A DNA stretch of 64,000 bases from Callorhinchus milii (taxonomy: Eukaryota), in contig NW_024704742.1 in the NCBI RefSeq assembly GCF_018977255.1, forward strand, positions 79,362,001 to 79,426,000. The letters run 5' to 3'. Position 1 is the first letter of the stretch. Each line of letters begins with the position of its first letter. Positions 62,099-64,000 of the stretch are shown one piece after another. The notes under the pieces are model-generated. The model was not told the DNA's origin and ran no database searches. It saw nothing but the letters and a program-made list of their open reading frames with translations. A program made the position numbers and the translations under genes.

Positions 62099-62679
62099 AC
62101 ATGGGATACTTGGCTTTATAAATAGGGGCATAGAATACAAAAGTCATGAAGCTATGATGAACCTTTATAAAACACTGGTTAAGCGTCAGCTCGATTATTG
62201 TGTTCAGTTCTGGACACCACACTTTAGGAAGGATGTCAAGGCACTGGAGAGGGTGCAAAGGAGATTTACCAGGATGATACCAGGAATAAGGGACTTCAGT
62301 TATCAGGAAAGGCTAGAGAAGCTAGGATTAGTCCCCTTGGAGCAGAGCAGGTTAAGAGGAGACTCAATAGAAGTTTTTAAAATTATGAGGGTATTTGACA
62401 GGGTGAACAAGGAGAAACTGTTTCCACTGGCGAGTGGGTCGATAACCCGAGGTCACTGCTTTATAAAGTTGAAACAGAGGTGAGATGAGGAAAAAATTTT
62501 CATACAGAGAGTTGTTCGGATCTGGAATGCATTGCCTGAAAGGGTGGTGGAAGTTGATTTGATAATAACTTTTTAAGACAGTAGATAATTATTTGGGGAG
62601 GACAAGTCTGCAGGGCTATGGGGAGAGAGTGGTTCTATGATGTTCAAAGCTTTCCATATTCTAAATTACAGTCTACATG

Positions 62680-63590
62680 AAAAAATTACTTTCCTCTTAA
62701 CTTTTTGTGTTATATTCTTAAAGCTATGCCCCTTCGTTACCAAATCAGCAGAAATTGATTTTCACTATTTTGCCTTTGAAAAACATTGAATTTTGAGGAC
62801 CTCTATCAGGTCCTTCTCTAAATATGTTAACCTTCTCTGAAAACATTCCCTATTTACCCTATTCTCAAAACTATTTTCACAACTAAAATCCTTTACTTTT
62901 GGAATCACCAGCGTGAATCTACATGGTAACCTTTCTATAGCTCTGATGTTCCTTCTTCAGAGAACACAGTAACTACAACTGTGCCTTGTAACATCTGTAA
63001 CATCACCTTCTTACTCTTATATTTTGTATCTCTAGTAATAAACCCCAATCCTTTTACCTTTTCTACTGGCACTCCCACCTTTCAAGATCCATGTATCTTC
63101 TGTCGCAGATCATTGCTCTTCAATATCGTAAATAACTTCATCACTTGGGGTAAACTGCATCTAACACTCATTTGCCTGTTGAATTTATACCCCTTTTCAT
63201 TTCAGTAAATATTTAACATATGTGGAAAATATTAAAGATCCCAGAATAGATTCCTATTAGTCACATCATTAAACACATTCAGCCAAACCAAGAAACATCT
63301 GCTTACTGTTTATCTGTCTTCTAGCTTTCATCTATCTGCTTATCTATGCCACCAATTTACCTTTAATATCATGTGTCTTAAATTCCTCAACCAGACCTTG
63401 CTAGGTCCTCTTATCTCATAAATAGCTTCCGAAAATCCATATACACATTTATCAAATGCATTTCTCCACTTTCTGATTTCCTCTAAACTTCGGATAAATA
63501 ACACACTTTTACCTTCTTCTGTAAAAACAGATGCAAAGGACCTCTTAAGCATTTTAATCATTCTTGCGTTGTCCACTACCATAATACCAA
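62680..63590 (-). mobile_element. Old, heavily decayed CR1 fragment
   Basis: FASVFTEE linker motif and aggggcatagctttaag (RGHSFK) on minus strand. Confidence 0.7.
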
Positions 63591-63685
63591 ACCTTCAGTT
63601 CAAATTAGTTCCATTATTATTTGTAAATACCTTCTTATTTTCATTGATCTTATTAAGCCTTTGTTAGTACTCTTTACGTTGTCTA

Positions 63686-64000
63686 TTCATAACATCGAGT
63701 CTTGACTATGCAAACTCATTGCTTGTTGGCCTCCCCAACTCCTCCCTCCTGCAAATCATCCAGAATTCTGCGGCCTGTGTCCTCTCCTGCATGAGACTCT
63801 GTGACCCTATCACCCCCATCCTCGCCCAACTCCACTGCCTTCCCATCACACGGAGGATACAGTTCAAGATCCTGGTGCTTCAAAGCCGTCCATAGCCTTG
63901 GTCCTCCCTAGCTCTGCGACCTCCTAACCCCTACCATCCTGCCCGCTCCCTCCGCTCAGCGGGCTCCAGCATGCTTCAAGTCCCCCTCCTTGACCACCCC
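63686..64000 (+). mobile_element. L2 fragment running off the window
   Basis: FITSSLDYANSLLVGLPNSSL...QIIQNSAACVL. Confidence 0.9.

Larger units (their letters stand above)
56903..62640 (+). mobile_element. CR1 LINE with RT domain, split by a full-length L2 (pieces 56903-57663 and 62099-62640)
   Basis: YRPVSLT, VPLGSVMGPLLFLISINDL, KFTDDTKL; aaaaagcacat joins gggatacttggc; YKTLVKRQLDYCVQFWTP. Confidence 0.95.

Overview
Eukaryotic, gene-poor, repeat-dense DNA. The repeat complement (L2 and CR1 LINEs, Deu-domain tRNA-derived SINEs) points to a cartilaginous fish, probably a holocephalan; this is inferred, not checked. I found no supportable host protein-coding exon, rRNA, bona fide tRNA, CRISPR or prokaryotic feature. 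Every ORF in the track with a recognisable protein motif is a piece of L2 or CR1 ORF2; the others are off-frame or antisense readings of those repeats or unrecognisable. Main content: (1) one apparently full-length but decayed single-ORF L2 (57664-62098, minus strand) nested in a CR1; (2) many 5'-truncated L2 copies, including two near-identical young ones and about ten tail-only inserts of 60-80 bp; (3) a mosaic tRNA-Ala/CORE-like/Deu SINE family whose 3' stem-loop covaries with, and in the youngest subfamily matches, the L2 3' stem-loop; (4) older Deu SINEs and CR1 fragments, often nested. Outside the repeats there is an old tandem duplication of non-coding DNA with gap-free conserved blocks (38753-44620), short duplications at retroposon 5' junctions, two tail-to-tail hairpins, palindromic MITE-like elements, two minisatellites and a short CpG-undepleted open frame. 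Boundaries of old repeats are approximate (about +/-20 bp); family names are by recalled motif, not database search.
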